Assembly (NCBI GenBank): GCA_043803945.1
Contig: JAZDJN010000016.1
Span: 235,410-299,409, forward strand
Source of the DNA: a bacterium
GTDB taxonomy: Bacteria > Bacteroidota > Ignavibacteria > UBA10030
DNA: 64,000 nucleotides
Reading direction: 5' to 3'
Part shown: piece after piece, positions 41,372 through 51,814 of the stretch
Numbering within the stretch: position 1 is the first letter of the stretch
How the letters are laid out: each line of letters opens with the position of its first letter
Notes under the pieces: generated by a model
What the model saw: only the letters and a program-made list of their open reading frames with translations
Told to the model about the DNA's origin: nothing
Database searches by the model: none
Position numbers and translations under genes: made by a program

Positions 41372-42976
41372 TTACGGTAGTACCGGTACTGCGACAACGC
41401 CGGTTTTCACAAGTTCGACGAGATGATTCAACGAACTGGTCATCATATCAAGCAAGAATGATGGATAAATACCCAGAACGAGCACAATAACTGCAAGCGG
41501 AACGAGAGCTGCAAGTTCACGTCCGTTAATATCGGGCAATGTGGCCCATTTTTCATTCGGTTGTCCAAGGAATACACGCTGCAGCGTCCAGAGCATATAC
41601 GCGGCGGTCAGTACAATGCCAAGTGTCGATGCAATCGTAATGGCTCTGTGTGTCTGGAATGCACCGAGGAATGAAAACGCTTCGGAAATAAATCCGCTTA
41701 ATCCGGGCAATCCAAGAGCAGCGAAAAACGCAACAGTCATAATTCCAGTATATTTTGGCATCGTTAACGCAAGTCCGCCAAACGCCGTGAGGTCTCGGGT
41801 ATGGGCACGGTCATAAAGGACTCCAACGATCAAGAAGAGCATTGCGGTGATTGTACCATGGTTGAACATCTGGAACACAGCGCCCATCATACCCTGCGTG
41901 TTCATCGCTGACATCCCCAGCAAGACAATACCCATGTGGCTGATGCTGGAATATGCAATGAGTTTCTTGAAGTCCTTCTGCGCCATTGCACAGAGTGCAC
42001 CATACACAATGTTGATGAATGCCAAAATGGCCAGCGCCCAACTATAATGATTGGCGGCATCGGGGAAGATTGGGTAACTGATCCTCAACAGCCCATAGGT
42101 ACCCATTTTCAGCAGCACCCCGGCGAGAATAACACTAATGGCGGTTGGAGCCTCAACGTGTGCATCGGGCAGCCAGGTGTGGAACGGGAAGATTGGTACT
42201 TTGATGGCGAATCCGATAAAGAGCGCGATATAAGCCAAATAGCGCCAATAGGTACCGACTCCACCGAGAAGAGAACTGGGATCAAAGTTCGCAGGATTCA
42301 TCATGGCGAGCATATTAAAGGTATAAATCTTCTCACCAGTTGCCGGATCAATAATCCTGACACTGAAGTAGAGAGCGATCATCGCGAGCAATATGAGCAC
42401 GCTTCCAAGCAGCGTAAACAGGAAGAACTTGATTGCGGCATACTCACGACGCGGGCCTCCCCAAACACCAATAAGAAAGTACATCGGCAGAAGCATCACT
42501 TCCCAGAATACATAGAAGAGGAAGAAATCGAGAGAGACGAAGACACCCATCATACCGGTGTCGAGCAGAAGAAACATCGCAAAGTATCCCTTCAGCGCCT
42601 TGTCGATTTTCCAGGAGGCAATGACGCCTATAAAGGAAATTAATGCCGTCAGGAGGACCATCGGGGCGCTCAATCCGTCGATTCCAAGAAAGTACTCAAC
42701 ATAGATGCGGCCAAACCAGGGCACACCCTTAATGTCGATCCACTTCGCTCTCTCGACAAATTGCATTCCCTCTGCTGTATTGATGCCTGCCAGGGCATGA
42801 TCAAACTTGAAGTAGATCAGCACTGCAATCACCAACTGCAGGAAGGTGAAGAACAGCGCAGCCCACTTCATCATCTCCTGACTCTCCTTGCGAAGAATCA
42901 GAACGACGACCATGCCAACAATCGGCAGGAATGTTATCCAACTGAGAATACCGATACCCAAGAATTCCATTATCAT
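41372..42976 (-). CDS. nuoM: NADH-quinone oxidoreductase subunit M
   Basis: FYVFWEVMLLPMY, KVPIFPFHTWLPDAHVEAP, LLKMGTYG. Confidence 0.96.
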   Translation of the reverse strand: MIMEFLGIGILSWITFLPIVGMVVVLILRKESQEMMKWAALFFTFLQLVIAVLIYFKFDHALAGINTAEGMQFVERAKWIDIKGVPWFGRIYVEYFLGIDGLSAPMVLLTALISFIGVIASWKIDKALKGYFAMFLLLDTGMMGVFVSLDFFLFYVFWEVMLLPMYFLIGVWGGPRREYAAIKFFLFTLLGSVLILLAMIALYFSVRIIDPATGEKIYTFNMLAMMNPANFDPSSLLGGVGTYWRYLAYIALFIGFAIKVPIFPFHTWLPDAHVEAPTAISVILAGVLLKMGTYGLLRISYPIFPDAANHYSWALAILAFINIVYGALCAMAQKDFKKLIAYSSISHMGIVLLGMSAMNTQGMMGAVFQMFNHGTITAMLFLIVGVLYDRAHTRDLTAFGGLALTMPKYTGIMTVAFFAALGLPGLSGFISEAFSFLGAFQTHRAITIASTLGIVLTAAYMLWTLQRVFLGQPNEKWATLPDINGRELAALVPLAVIVLVLGIYPSFLLDMMTSSLNHLVELVKTGVVAVPVLP

Positions 42977-43038
42977 CTACTCCTTTTAGATATCAATTGA
43001 ACAAATTCACATATTCTGAACTGCTGTACTACTGCACA

Positions 43039-45306
43039 TTATCGAAACCATAAAAAGAACACCATCACGCCAAGAATCACAAAGGCGAGATAGGTTTGCA
43101 CCTTTCCTGTCTGCAAACGGCGGGAAAGCAAACCCAGGAAACCTGCGAAGTAGGCGGTAAAGTTAACCAGTCCGTCGACGATGCGATTATCAAATCCACC
43201 AACACCGACGTAGAAGAGGAAAAATGTTAAGCCTGCGACACCAAGCGAGAGAACAACATACCCGATGATGCCCCAGAGCTGCACATCGAGCGGCATAATC
43301 GCCGTGCCGAAAAGATAACCGATGTACATCGAAATCATTCCTGTGACAGCGAGATAGAATAGGCTGGCAATGCTTCCCTCTTCCCAATTCTCCTTGCGTC
43401 CCAACACCAGGCCTTTTGTCCAACTGCCCACACCATTGACGATGCCGTCAATGATTTTATTGTCAAACCAGGCATAAGCATTCATCACTACCATGGTGCC
43501 GCGAACAACAGTCCAATCATAGATCTCATCGAAATACCATTTGTTGAGCAGTATCCGATGAAGCACTGGCAATTTGGCTGCAAAAGCATCGGCATTGATT
43601 TTCTTCCAGTGATAGGTTGCAAACGCGATCAGGATGCCTGTGCCTGCAACGAGCAGCGAAAGAATCATCGCCAGAGTGTGATTGTGATGAAGCGCCTCCT
43701 CGAACTGTTCAATTCCGGCAGCAGCAACACCCACAGGTACGACAGATTCAGGCCTGGGAACCGCTCCGAAGAGCCAGCCACTGGCGGCTCCGATTGGATT
43801 GAAACTATAGAACACAAAGAAAGAAAGCACGGCAAAAACGATGAGGGGAATTGTCATCACCTTTGGCGATTCATGAATCGAATCAAACCGATGGCTGTCT
43901 TTGTGTTCCCCGTGGAAGGTCAGGAGCACCAGGCGGAACATATAGAATGCTGTCAATCCGGCGACCAGAAATGCGACAATTGGAATAATGGTATGGCCCG
44001 TGAGGCTTCCAAAAGCAAGAGTACCCGCAAGAATTTCGTCCTTGCTTAAAAATCCGGAGGTCAATGGTACTCCAGAAATAGCGAGCGTAAACATCAGGAA
44101 TGTCCAGTATGTGACAGGCATCTTCTTTTTCAATCCACCCATATTCCTGATGTCTTGTGGATCTGTGTGATGGTCGCCGCCGTGATGCAATGCATGATGC
44201 ATCGCGTGGATGACGGAGCCTGAGCCAAGAAATAAGCCTGCCTTAAACATGGCATGAGTCACAAGATGGAAGAAACCTGCAGTGTATGCCCCGACGCCAA
44301 GTCCCATCACCATATACCCCAGTTGGCTGATGGTGGAATAGGCAAGTACCTTCTTAATATCGTTCTGGGCGATCGCAATCGTTGCAGAAATGAATGCGGT
44401 AATAACACCGATATAGGCGATGGTCAGCAGCGCATCTGCCGTCATCATCGGGAATGTGCGTGCAATGAGATAAACACCTGCGGCAACCATTGTTGCGGCA
44501 TGAATGAGTGCACTGACCGGCGTGGGCCCTTCCATAGCATCGGGCAGCCAGACATGGAGCGGGAACTGGGCAGACTTGCCGACGGCGCCGCAGAAGATTA
44601 ATATCCCGGCTGCCGTAAGCCACGATTCGCTGCCCATCGGAATGGTGCCGTTTTTCAATGCTTCAAAGATTGTCTCAAAAGTAAAGGTCTTGAAGGTTGA
44701 GTAGAGAATCATAATACCGGAGAACATACCGATATCGCCTATACGGTTTACAATAAACGCTTTCATCGCTGCATCGCTGGCGGATTTCTTTTCGAACCAA
44801 TGGCCAATCAACAAATACGAACTCAGTCCCACCAACTCCCAAAACACATACATCATGAAGAAATTATTTGTTAGAACGATTCCGAGCATCGAGAAGGTAA
44901 AAAATCCAAGGTAAGCAAAATAGCGGCCGTAACGAACATCGCCATACATGTACCCGATCGAGAAGAGATGGACCAGCGCACTCACCAGGTTGACGACAAC
45001 CAGCATAATGGCGACGAGATTGTCGACCATGATGCCAAGTGTTATCGTGAGCGGCCCGAATCCCGGTACGATACCGAAACTTACCCATGTGAAGCTGCCC
45101 TCAATTGTCTGATCGTGGTAAGAAAGTAATTTCACCGCCAGGATGATAATTGAAAGCAGAAGGGCAAGGAATAAGATCCCCGTTTCAAGCCAGTCTCCTC
45201 TTCGCGGAAGCCTCTTGTCGAAGAAGATGAGGATAGCAAATCCGAGCAACGGGAGAAGAAGCACAGCGACAGCGAGCGAGAGAATTGTTTCGTGAGACAT
45301 AGGCAA
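43039..45306 (-). CDS. nuoL: NADH-quinone oxidoreductase subunit L (extended C-terminus)
   Basis: GKSAQFPLHVWLPDAMEGPTPVSALIHAATMV, KVLAYSTISQLGYM, LQTGKVQTY. Confidence 0.96.
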   Translation of the reverse strand: MPMSHETILSLAVAVLLLPLLGFAILIFFDKRLPRRGDWLETGILFLALLLSIIILAVKLLSYHDQTIEGSFTWVSFGIVPGFGPLTITLGIMVDNLVAIMLVVVNLVSALVHLFSIGYMYGDVRYGRYFAYLGFFTFSMLGIVLTNNFFMMYVFWELVGLSSYLLIGHWFEKKSASDAAMKAFIVNRIGDIGMFSGIMILYSTFKTFTFETIFEALKNGTIPMGSESWLTAAGILIFCGAVGKSAQFPLHVWLPDAMEGPTPVSALIHAATMVAAGVYLIARTFPMMTADALLTIAYIGVITAFISATIAIAQNDIKKVLAYSTISQLGYMVMGLGVGAYTAGFFHLVTHAMFKAGLFLGSGSVIHAMHHALHHGGDHHTDPQDIRNMGGLKKKMPVTYWTFLMFTLAISGVPLTSGFLSKDEILAGTLAFGSLTGHTIIPIVAFLVAGLTAFYMFRLVLLTFHGEHKDSHRFDSIHESPKVMTIPLIVFAVLSFFVFYSFNPIGAASGWLFGAVPRPESVVPVGVAAAGIEQFEEALHHNHTLAMILSLLVAGTGILIAFATYHWKKINADAFAAKLPVLHRILLNKWYFDEIYDWTVVRGTMVVMNAYAWFDNKIIDGIVNGVGSWTKGLVLGRKENWEEGSIASLFYLAVTGMISMYIGYLFGTAIMPLDVQLWGIIGYVVLSLGVAGLTFFLFYVGVGGFDNRIVDGLVNFTAYFAGFLGLLSRRLQTGKVQTYLAFVILGVMVFFLWFR

Positions 45307-45311
45307 ATTTT

Positions 45312-45376
45312 CGATTGACGATTTACGATTGTCTGCGCCTGAGGCGCATCCGCTTTGGCGGAGAATGCCGATTGGC
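45312..45376. repeat. 7-bp CGATT(G/T)A repeats with a nested palindromic insert between nuoK and nuoL
   Basis: CGATTGA CGATTTA CGATTG, then TGCGCCTGAGGCGCA and TCCGCTTTGGCGGA hairpins, then CCGATTGG. Confidence 0.55.
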
Positions 45377-45423
45377 TGGAGAATTTCAGATGACTTCTCG
45401 CAGCAGCATCTCGGCTTTTTCGT

Positions 45424-45759
45424 TTAGTCGCGGAGTTGATTCAACTCATCGACATTGACTGTATTAAAGTTCTGAAAAATATTAAGAACAATTGCCAGTG
45501 CGATCGCCGCCTCGGCAGCCGCAAGAATAATCACAAAGAGCGCAATCACCTGTCCATCGAGCGTTCCCGATGTGTAGCGTGAGAAAGCGATAAAGTTAAT
45601 GTTCGCTGCATTCAGGACGAGTTCAATCCCCATCAAGACCATTATGGCATTTCTGCGTGTCAGAATGGCGAAGACACCCAGGGAGAAGAGAATTCCGCTA
45701 ATGATGAGAAAGTGTGTCAATGACGGATGTTGAAGCCACTGTGCGAAATCTTGTTGCAT
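45424..45759 (-). CDS. nuoK: NADH-quinone oxidoreductase subunit K
   Basis: RRNAIMVLMGIELVLNA, AAAEAAIALAI. Confidence 0.96.
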   Translation of the reverse strand: MQQDFAQWLQHPSLTHFLIISGILFSLGVFAILTRRNAIMVLMGIELVLNAANINFIAFSRYTSGTLDGQVIALFVIILAAAEAAIALAIVLNIFQNFNTVNVDELNQLRD

Positions 45760-45773
45760 AACGCGATCCTTGC

Positions 45774-46280
45774 TTATGAACTTTTTCTTTCCCGCCGGGC
45801 GATCATGGCAGAGCCAAATAACGCGACGAGCAGTACCACCGATGCGATCTCAAACGGGAGAATATAGCTCGACAGGAACATCATCCCAATTTCACGGGCA
45901 GTTGTTTCCAATGGCGGCAGCGGTGGAAGCATCCGCCACTCCGTAGACCAAAAGATTCCTATGAGCGTACCAGCCAGTGCAGAGGTGATGATGACCGCGG
46001 GCAATGTTTTCAAAGAGTTTGTCTTCATCTCGAGATTGACCATATTGGTCGTTAACATCACGCCAAACAAAATCAGGATGAGAATACCGCCGACATAAAT
46101 CATCAATTGCGTGATTGCCAGAAAATCAGCCATGAGCAGGACATAGAGTCCTGCCACTCCAAAAAATGTAAACAGGAGAGAAAATGCTGAATGGACAATA
46201 TTCTTAGAGAAAACGACGATACTCGCCGAAACGAGTGTGATGAAAGCAAAAAGATAAAATGCGATGGTCGTGAGTTCCAT
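45774..46280 (-). CDS. nuoJ: NADH-quinone oxidoreductase subunit J
   Basis: QLMIYVGGI..LFGVM, PFEIASVVLL. Confidence 0.95.
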   Translation of the reverse strand: MELTTIAFYLFAFITLVSASIVVFSKNIVHSAFSLLFTFFGVAGLYVLLMADFLAITQLMIYVGGILILILFGVMLTTNMVNLEMKTNSLKTLPAVIITSALAGTLIGIFWSTEWRMLPPLPPLETTAREIGMMFLSSYILPFEIASVVLLVALFGSAMIARRERKSS

Positions 46281-46286
46281 TGTTCC

Positions 46287-46895
46287 TTAATTCCCGGTTT
46301 GTCCTGATGGTGCCGCTGGTGGAGTTTGCGGAGGCGGCGCAGGGGGCGGCGTTGCCGCTTTCGCTGCGGCGGCTGCAGCTTTCTTTGCTGCCGCTGCGGC
46401 ATCTGCCTTTTTCAACCGTTCACGTGCTCCCTCAATCTCCTGCGGTGTCATTGTACCAAAGTGATAGATCAAATTGTGACGATCGTATTCGGAAAATTCG
46501 TAGACATCTGTCATAACAATACATTCTGTTGGACAAGGCGGGACACACAATCCGCAATAGCAGCACTTGCCGATGTCGATATCAAACCTGGAGACATACA
46601 AACGCTTCTTTGTGTTCTTTGAGGTCAGGCCAAGATCGACATCCGGAGTGGACTTAATTGTTTCGATGGAAATGCAGTCGACCGGACAAGCCATGGAGCA
46701 TTGATCGCACCCGATACAATCGTCAATATTGACATAGAGGCGATTTCGTGCCCGTTCAGGCATTGTCAATTTTTGATCGGGATAATGAATTGTCACCGAC
46801 CGGATGAAGAGCTGGCGGATGGTAATCCGCATGCCGATCACAATACTGTAGAGAGCAGACCAGATATTTCCAAAATAGATTTTTACAGCTTCCAT
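46287..46895 (-). CDS. nuoI: NADH-quinone oxidoreductase subunit I
   Basis: Two 4Fe-4S motifs (CIGCDQCSMACP, CCYCGLCVPPCP) and an Ala/Pro-rich tail. Confidence 0.95.
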   Translation of the reverse strand: MEAVKIYFGNIWSALYSIVIGMRITIRQLFIRSVTIHYPDQKLTMPERARNRLYVNIDDCIGCDQCSMACPVDCISIETIKSTPDVDLGLTSKNTKKRLYVSRFDIDIGKCCYCGLCVPPCPTECIVMTDVYEFSEYDRHNLIYHFGTMTPQEIEGARERLKKADAAAAAKKAAAAAAKAATPPPAPPPQTPPAAPSGQTGN

Positions 46896-46917
46896 AGACT
46901 CACCAAATAATGTTTGC

Positions 46918-47964
46918 TTACAGCACCAGAATCAATCCAACGGCAAAAAGACAGACAAATAAAAAGGGTAAAAGAACTTTCCAGGAGGTGTACATCAATT
47001 GATCGACTCGCAACCTCGGCAGCGTCCATCGCAGCCAGATTTGCATGAACACGAGGGACATACTCTTCATAATGAACCAGAAAAATCCCCACACCGGACC
47101 TGCGAGGAAGGATCCGAACGGGCTCGACCATCCTCCGAGGAAGAAACAGACGGCAACGCCAGAAACGAGAAACATGTTGGCATACTCGGCGAGATAAAAC
47201 ATTGCCCACCGCATACCGCTGTATTCGGTAAAGAATCCCTGGACCAGTTCCGATTCTGCTTCGGGCAAATCGAAAGGCGTCCGATTCACCTCTGCAATTG
47301 AAGCGATAAACATGATGAAAAAGGTGATGAGCGTGAATGGCAGCAGAAGCAGCTTTGTGCCGAGCGGCAATGCGCCCCCAAAGACCACCCAGTTCTGGAT
47401 TCCCCCTTCTTGAAACTTTACAACTTCCTGGAGGTTGAGCGACCCGACGATCGTCACACCGATAACGATGGCGAGGACAGTCGGTAACTCGTAGCTGATC
47501 ATCTGTGCCGCGGAACGGACAGCGCCAAAGAGCGACCACTTATTATTCGATGCCCATCCTCCCATGAGAATCCCTGCTACAACGAGCGAGGAAATCGCAA
47601 CGATAAAGAACGCCCCGAGGTCGATATTGCTGCCGATGAAAATGCTCGAAAACGGCAGTGAGGCGTATGCTGCATACGTTCCAATGAACACAATATAGGG
47701 AGAGAGTATAAAGAGAGTTTTATTGGCTGAATCGGGGATCGTGTCTTCCTTCTGAAGCAGCTTGATCATATCGGCAATCGGCTGCAGCGTGCCATGCCAA
47801 CCTGTTCTCATATAGGCAACGCGATTCTGAATATGAGCAGCTACCTTCATCTCCATGTAGAGGGTTACAAGGACATAAACCAAGATGAAGATTAAGGGAA
47901 GGGCGCTTAATACCACGGTAACAAGCAGTGTTCCCCAGAATCCAAGATTTTGCAGAGCTTCCAT
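46918..47964 (-). CDS. nuoH: NADH-quinone oxidoreductase subunit H
   Basis: LQPIADMIKLLQKE, AQMISYE, NRTPFDLPEAESELV, LPRLRVDQL. Confidence 0.97.
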   Translation of the reverse strand: MEALQNLGFWGTLLVTVVLSALPLIFILVYVLVTLYMEMKVAAHIQNRVAYMRTGWHGTLQPIADMIKLLQKEDTIPDSANKTLFILSPYIVFIGTYAAYASLPFSSIFIGSNIDLGAFFIVAISSLVVAGILMGGWASNNKWSLFGAVRSAAQMISYELPTVLAIVIGVTIVGSLNLQEVVKFQEGGIQNWVVFGGALPLGTKLLLLPFTLITFFIMFIASIAEVNRTPFDLPEAESELVQGFFTEYSGMRWAMFYLAEYANMFLVSGVAVCFFLGGWSSPFGSFLAGPVWGFFWFIMKSMSLVFMQIWLRWTLPRLRVDQLMYTSWKVLLPFLFVCLFAVGLILVL

Positions 47965-48006
47965 AGTAGTCAGTATCTGATGTCTATGCCATCAATCACA
48001 TATTTA

Positions 48007-49197
48007 TTATCGATCGACCTCACCGAGCACGATGTCAACACTGCCGGCAATCAGGACAATGTCGGCGATCATTACACCGCGGGAAATCTCCGGTAAGGCT
48101 TGTAAATTAGAAAATGCCGGTGCGCGCCCTTTCACACGGAATGGGCTGCTCGTACCATCGCTCATGATATAGAATCCGAGTTCACCCCGGGGAGTCTCTG
48201 TCCGTGCATAGATCTCTAATCCGGGCTCAGGACGAATTCTCTTTGGAATCGCTGCCTGAACATTTCCCTCAGGAATCTTATCAATTGCCTGTTCAACAAT
48301 GTTTAGACTTTGCTCCATCTCGCGCATACGAACAATATGACGATCCCAGCAATCGCCTACTGCTCCAACCTCGCCCTTACCGACCTGGGGTTCCCACGCG
48401 AAACGGTCATAGATAGAATAGGGATCATCGCGTCGAAGATCCCAATTCACTCCCGATCCTCTCAACATCGGTCCGCTGCAGCCAAAGTTGATTGCAACAT
48501 CGGCGGGAAGCACTCCCACGTTTGCTGTTCGCTTGATAAAGATCTCGTTGTAGGTCAGGAGATCATTCACCATTTTAATACGGGGGCGGAAATACTTGCA
48601 AAACGCCTTGGTCTTCTCGACAAATTGCGGTGGAATATCGTGCGAAAGCCCGCCAATCCACATGTAGTTATACAACAGACGTGCGCCGCATGTCATCTCA
48701 AAGAGATTGAGTATCATCTCCCGATCGATGAAGCAATAGAGAAACGGCGTGAATGCACCTGCGTCGATTCCATAAGTACCAACGGCAATCAGATGGCTTG
48801 CGATTCTCTGCAGCTCAGCCATTATGACGCGGATATATTCTACCCGTTCGGGCACCTGGATTTTCAGCATCCTCTCCATCGCCACAACGAAGCTGAAATC
48901 GTTCGTCATCGAAGAGCAGTAGTCCATCCGGTCTGCATAGGGAATGACTTGTTGATAATTGGTCATCTGCTCGCAATGCTTCTCAAAACAACGATGGAGA
49001 TAGCCAATATGGGGAATGACATCGACTACGATTTCACCGTCGAGAATGACTTCAAGCCGAAGCACTCCGTGAGTCGATGGGTGTTGCGGGCCCATATTAA
49101 CGATCATTTCCTCGGTGCGTAATGTTTTCCCGCTCGAGGTTTTTAATTCGCCATGCTTGAATACATAGTTTGTCGGAAGAGATTTAGTTTCAACCAT
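48007..49197 (-). CDS. nuoD: NADH-quinone oxidoreductase subunit D
   Basis: [37 protein letters not shown]. Confidence 0.97.
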   Translation of the reverse strand: MVETKSLPTNYVFKHGELKTSSGKTLRTEEMIVNMGPQHPSTHGVLRLEVILDGEIVVDVIPHIGYLHRCFEKHCEQMTNYQQVIPYADRMDYCSSMTNDFSFVVAMERMLKIQVPERVEYIRVIMAELQRIASHLIAVGTYGIDAGAFTPFLYCFIDREMILNLFEMTCGARLLYNYMWIGGLSHDIPPQFVEKTKAFCKYFRPRIKMVNDLLTYNEIFIKRTANVGVLPADVAINFGCSGPMLRGSGVNWDLRRDDPYSIYDRFAWEPQVGKGEVGAVGDCWDRHIVRMREMEQSLNIVEQAIDKIPEGNVQAAIPKRIRPEPGLEIYARTETPRGELGFYIMSDGTSSPFRVKGRAPAFSNLQALPEISRGVMIADIVLIAGSVDIVLGEVDR

Positions 49198-49213
49198 CGA
49201 TCAATACTCTGGT

Positions 49214-49690
49214 CTAGTATGGAACTTTCATGCCGTTGTAAAATTCAGGAGTCTTATAGTCTTTCCTGAGTGGATATCCTTCCCAATCGTATGGAAGGAG
49301 TATTCGACGCAAATCTGGATGTTCGTCGAAGACAATACCGAAAAGATCGAATGCCTCACGCTCGTGCCAGTTAGCCGTTGCCCACACCTCGCTCACCGTT
49401 TGCACATGAGGATCATCCTTTGTGCATTCAGCTTTCAACACAATCTTATGTTTGAATGGAATTGAGGAGAGATGATAGACAACCCCGAGCTTTCCGTTAT
49501 TGTAATCGATCCCGCTCAGGGACATCAGGAAATCGAATTGCATGGAGGCAGTGTCGCGGAGGAAGAATCCCACTTTTTTCAACTTCGCGGGGGCAATTTT
49601 AATCCAGGGTTGGAGAACATCCAGCCTGGATTCAAGGATTGCCTCTCCGAATTGCTCTTTTAATACAGTTAGAATTTCTTGAGCGGTCAT
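49214..49690 (-). CDS. nuoC: NADH-quinone oxidoreductase subunit C
   Basis: ANWHEREAFDLFGI, HPDLRRILL, GYPLRKDY. Confidence 0.96.
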   Translation of the reverse strand: MTAQEILTVLKEQFGEAILESRLDVLQPWIKIAPAKLKKVGFFLRDTASMQFDFLMSLSGIDYNNGKLGVVYHLSSIPFKHKIVLKAECTKDDPHVQTVSEVWATANWHEREAFDLFGIVFDEHPDLRRILLPYDWEGYPLRKDYKTPEFYNGMKVPY

Positions 49691-49696
49691 TCTATG

Positions 49697-50125
49697 TTAT
49701 TCTTTTATTTGAAATTGTATCATTAATGGTATGCTTGCAACATCTATCCATTTATTCGGTGTTTCTTCATATGAAACATTAAATAGATGACGACCTCCCC
49801 TTTTTATAGGTAAGCCACCGATTTTCGTTATTGTTCGAAATCGGGAATGTGCAGTTAAATCGAGCTCATAGATTTGCTCTTTAATAACTTCTCCAGAAGG
49901 ATCAAGTTGCCTCATTTTACACCTTTTTTTCTCGGGTTTGTCAATTGGGAATCTTTCCCAGAGGCTAACTACATCAAAATTAAATGGTACTATGCCTACT
50001 TGCCCTTCAATTGGGGGTGTTCCTATAACTGTCAATTGTTCAACTACTTGAATTAAGCTAATATTTTTGGTCCCCTCATCGATTACACTGTTCGTACAGA
50101 GAACAGTCCAAATGTGATTAATCAT
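49697..50125 (-). CDS. Hypothetical beta-sandwich protein (DUF6941-like)
   Basis: AT-rich ORF with RBS AGGTGA. N-terminal WTVLC...D..T.NISLI pattern recalled from DUF6941, unverified. Confidence 0.7.
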   Translation of the reverse strand: MINHIWTVLCTNSVIDEGTKNISLIQVVEQLTVIGTPPIEGQVGIVPFNFDVVSLWERFPIDKPEKKRCKMRQLDPSGEVIKEQIYELDLTAHSRFRTITKIGGLPIKRGGRHLFNVSYEETPNKWIDVASIPLMIQFQIKE

Positions 50126-50136
50126 ATCTCACCTTG

Positions 50137-50742
50137 TCAATTCAATACATTAGCTGAACAGAGAACAATTTGATTATCCTCAGAAGCATTCAACTGTGCA
50201 CATAAGAAAGGTTGATGTTTCTCAGAAGTACCTCGTGAAAATACTTCAAATATCTTAGTGAATGGTAAAGAGTAATTTGGCAATGAGATAATTATCGATT
50301 CACCAACCTCAAAATTCTTTGAATAAAATTCAGTGCCTTGGAATATAACTTGATGAAAGCTTATCACGTTATTATCAATTTGTCTATTGAGAAGAAAGTG
50401 TGCTGATAATTTCTTTGACCACCAACAATTAGGAGTATTCAATATGGTCTCAGCCATAATTTTTACATATTCTTGGTTATTGTCATTCATCAGCCAAAGA
50501 TAAATCGTAAGGGGGGTGTCGAAAGGATGTTCATATCTAAGATCAATACTCTGTTGAGATAAGTTCAAAAACCTTGAAAAGATATACCTTTGAATTCTAT
50601 TATCCTTTAATTGTAAAGAAAGATATTGAACACATTCCTCGGTTTGGGCACCTTTGATAAAAGTTAAAAAATCACTCGCCACTCTCAATCTTGCAGAAAA
50701 TTCATGACTTTCAATTATTATTATTGATTCTTTTAGATTCAT
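50137..50742 (-). CDS. Hypothetical protein
   Basis: 201-aa AT-rich ORF, translationally coupled (TAATG) to the upstream ORF. No family recognised. Confidence 0.7.
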   Translation of the reverse strand: MNLKESIIIIESHEFSARLRVASDFLTFIKGAQTEECVQYLSLQLKDNRIQRYIFSRFLNLSQQSIDLRYEHPFDTPLTIYLWLMNDNNQEYVKIMAETILNTPNCWWSKKLSAHFLLNRQIDNNVISFHQVIFQGTEFYSKNFEVGESIIISLPNYSLPFTKIFEVFSRGTSEKHQPFLCAQLNASEDNQIVLCSANVLN

Positions 50743-51263
50743 TATAAACCTCTCCTTTCAGACCAAAATTCGCTTGGCTTTCCTAGAATAGGAGGAAGAA
50801 TATCTATGGGATGAAAATATTCACCATGGTCACCCCATTTGCTTAAGACAATGAAAGAACGAGTTGCATCTTCAAGATTAAATTTTACATGATATATCTT
50901 TGCAATGTGAGTAATTTCATGAGTGGATTGATTGCGGTAAATTACTAAATCACCTTCCTTAAGCTGAGTTTCATCGGTTATCCTGTAATAACCGTCATCT
51001 GTAAATATCAATTCTAGATATTTAGGATCAATCCTTGTCCTACGAGAGGAAAATATCATTCCCACACAATTATATGTAGATGTAATTGATCGTGGTTTAG
51101 CATCAGGATAAGCGACTGCAAAAGCTTTTTTTGCTATTATTTGCTTTTGAGGGATCAACTCCATCCCTCTCGAATTAGGAATATCATTCTTCTTGGCTGT
51201 AGCTAATGGAATATAGGAAGGATCTCTAGGTGTTTCAGCTCCAATTATTATCTCAGCAGTCAT
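50742..51263 (-). CDS. Putative papain-fold Cys/His enzyme (DUF7689-like)
   Basis: TYNCVG (Cys), GDLVIY, ITHIAK (His) and SKWG motif order. Confidence 0.7.
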   Translation of the reverse strand: MTAEIIIGAETPRDPSYIPLATAKKNDIPNSRGMELIPQKQIIAKKAFAVAYPDAKPRSITSTYNCVGMIFSSRRTRIDPKYLELIFTDDGYYRITDETQLKEGDLVIYRNQSTHEITHIAKIYHVKFNLEDATRSFIVLSKWGDHGEYFHPIDILPPILGKPSEFWSERRGL

Positions 51264-51271
51264 AAGTACTC

Positions 51272-51766
51272 TTAAGCTGATTTCTTCTTGGCTAAACTTT
51301 CTTTTCTAATTTTTTCCTGAAGCTTTATAATGCCTTCCAGAAGTGCTTCGGGACGCGGGGGGCAACCCGGCACATACACATCAACCGGAATAACCCGGTC
51401 GACGCCTTTCAATACATGGTATCCATGTTCCCAATATGGCCCGCCGCAATTCGCGCAGCTTCCCATCGAGAGCACATAGCGGGGTTCTGCCATCTGGTCG
51501 TATAAGCGCTTGATGCGTGAAGCCATTTTTAGTGTTACCGTGCCGGAGACAAACATCACATCGATTTGCCGCGGCGTTGCCCGTGGAATGATACCGAACC
51601 TCATAATATCGAAGTGTGATGCAGAGGCCGCCATCATTTCGATGGCACAACAAGCAAGTCCAAATTGCATCTGATAAAGCGATGAAAGCCTCGCCCAATT
51701 TAATAAATTGTCAAGGGAAGTGATGAAGACATTTCCATTCTCAAACCGCTGATCAAGTAGTCCCAT
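51272..51766 (-). CDS. nuoB: NADH-quinone oxidoreductase subunit B
   Basis: [28 protein letters not shown]. Confidence 0.97.
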   Translation of the reverse strand: MGLLDQRFENGNVFITSLDNLLNWARLSSLYQMQFGLACCAIEMMAASASHFDIMRFGIIPRATPRQIDVMFVSGTVTLKMASRIKRLYDQMAEPRYVLSMGSCANCGGPYWEHGYHVLKGVDRVIPVDVYVPGCPPRPEALLEGIIKLQEKIRKESLAKKKSA

Positions 51767-51814
51767 AAGCAGGTTATCCCATTTCTATTTCAACTATCAT
51801 GTCGTAGGAAGTTC

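Noticed and set aside
41936-49122. Long plus-strand ORFs (41936..42643, 48310..49122 and others)
   Set aside because: Antisense to well-conserved nuo genes, with no protein motifs.
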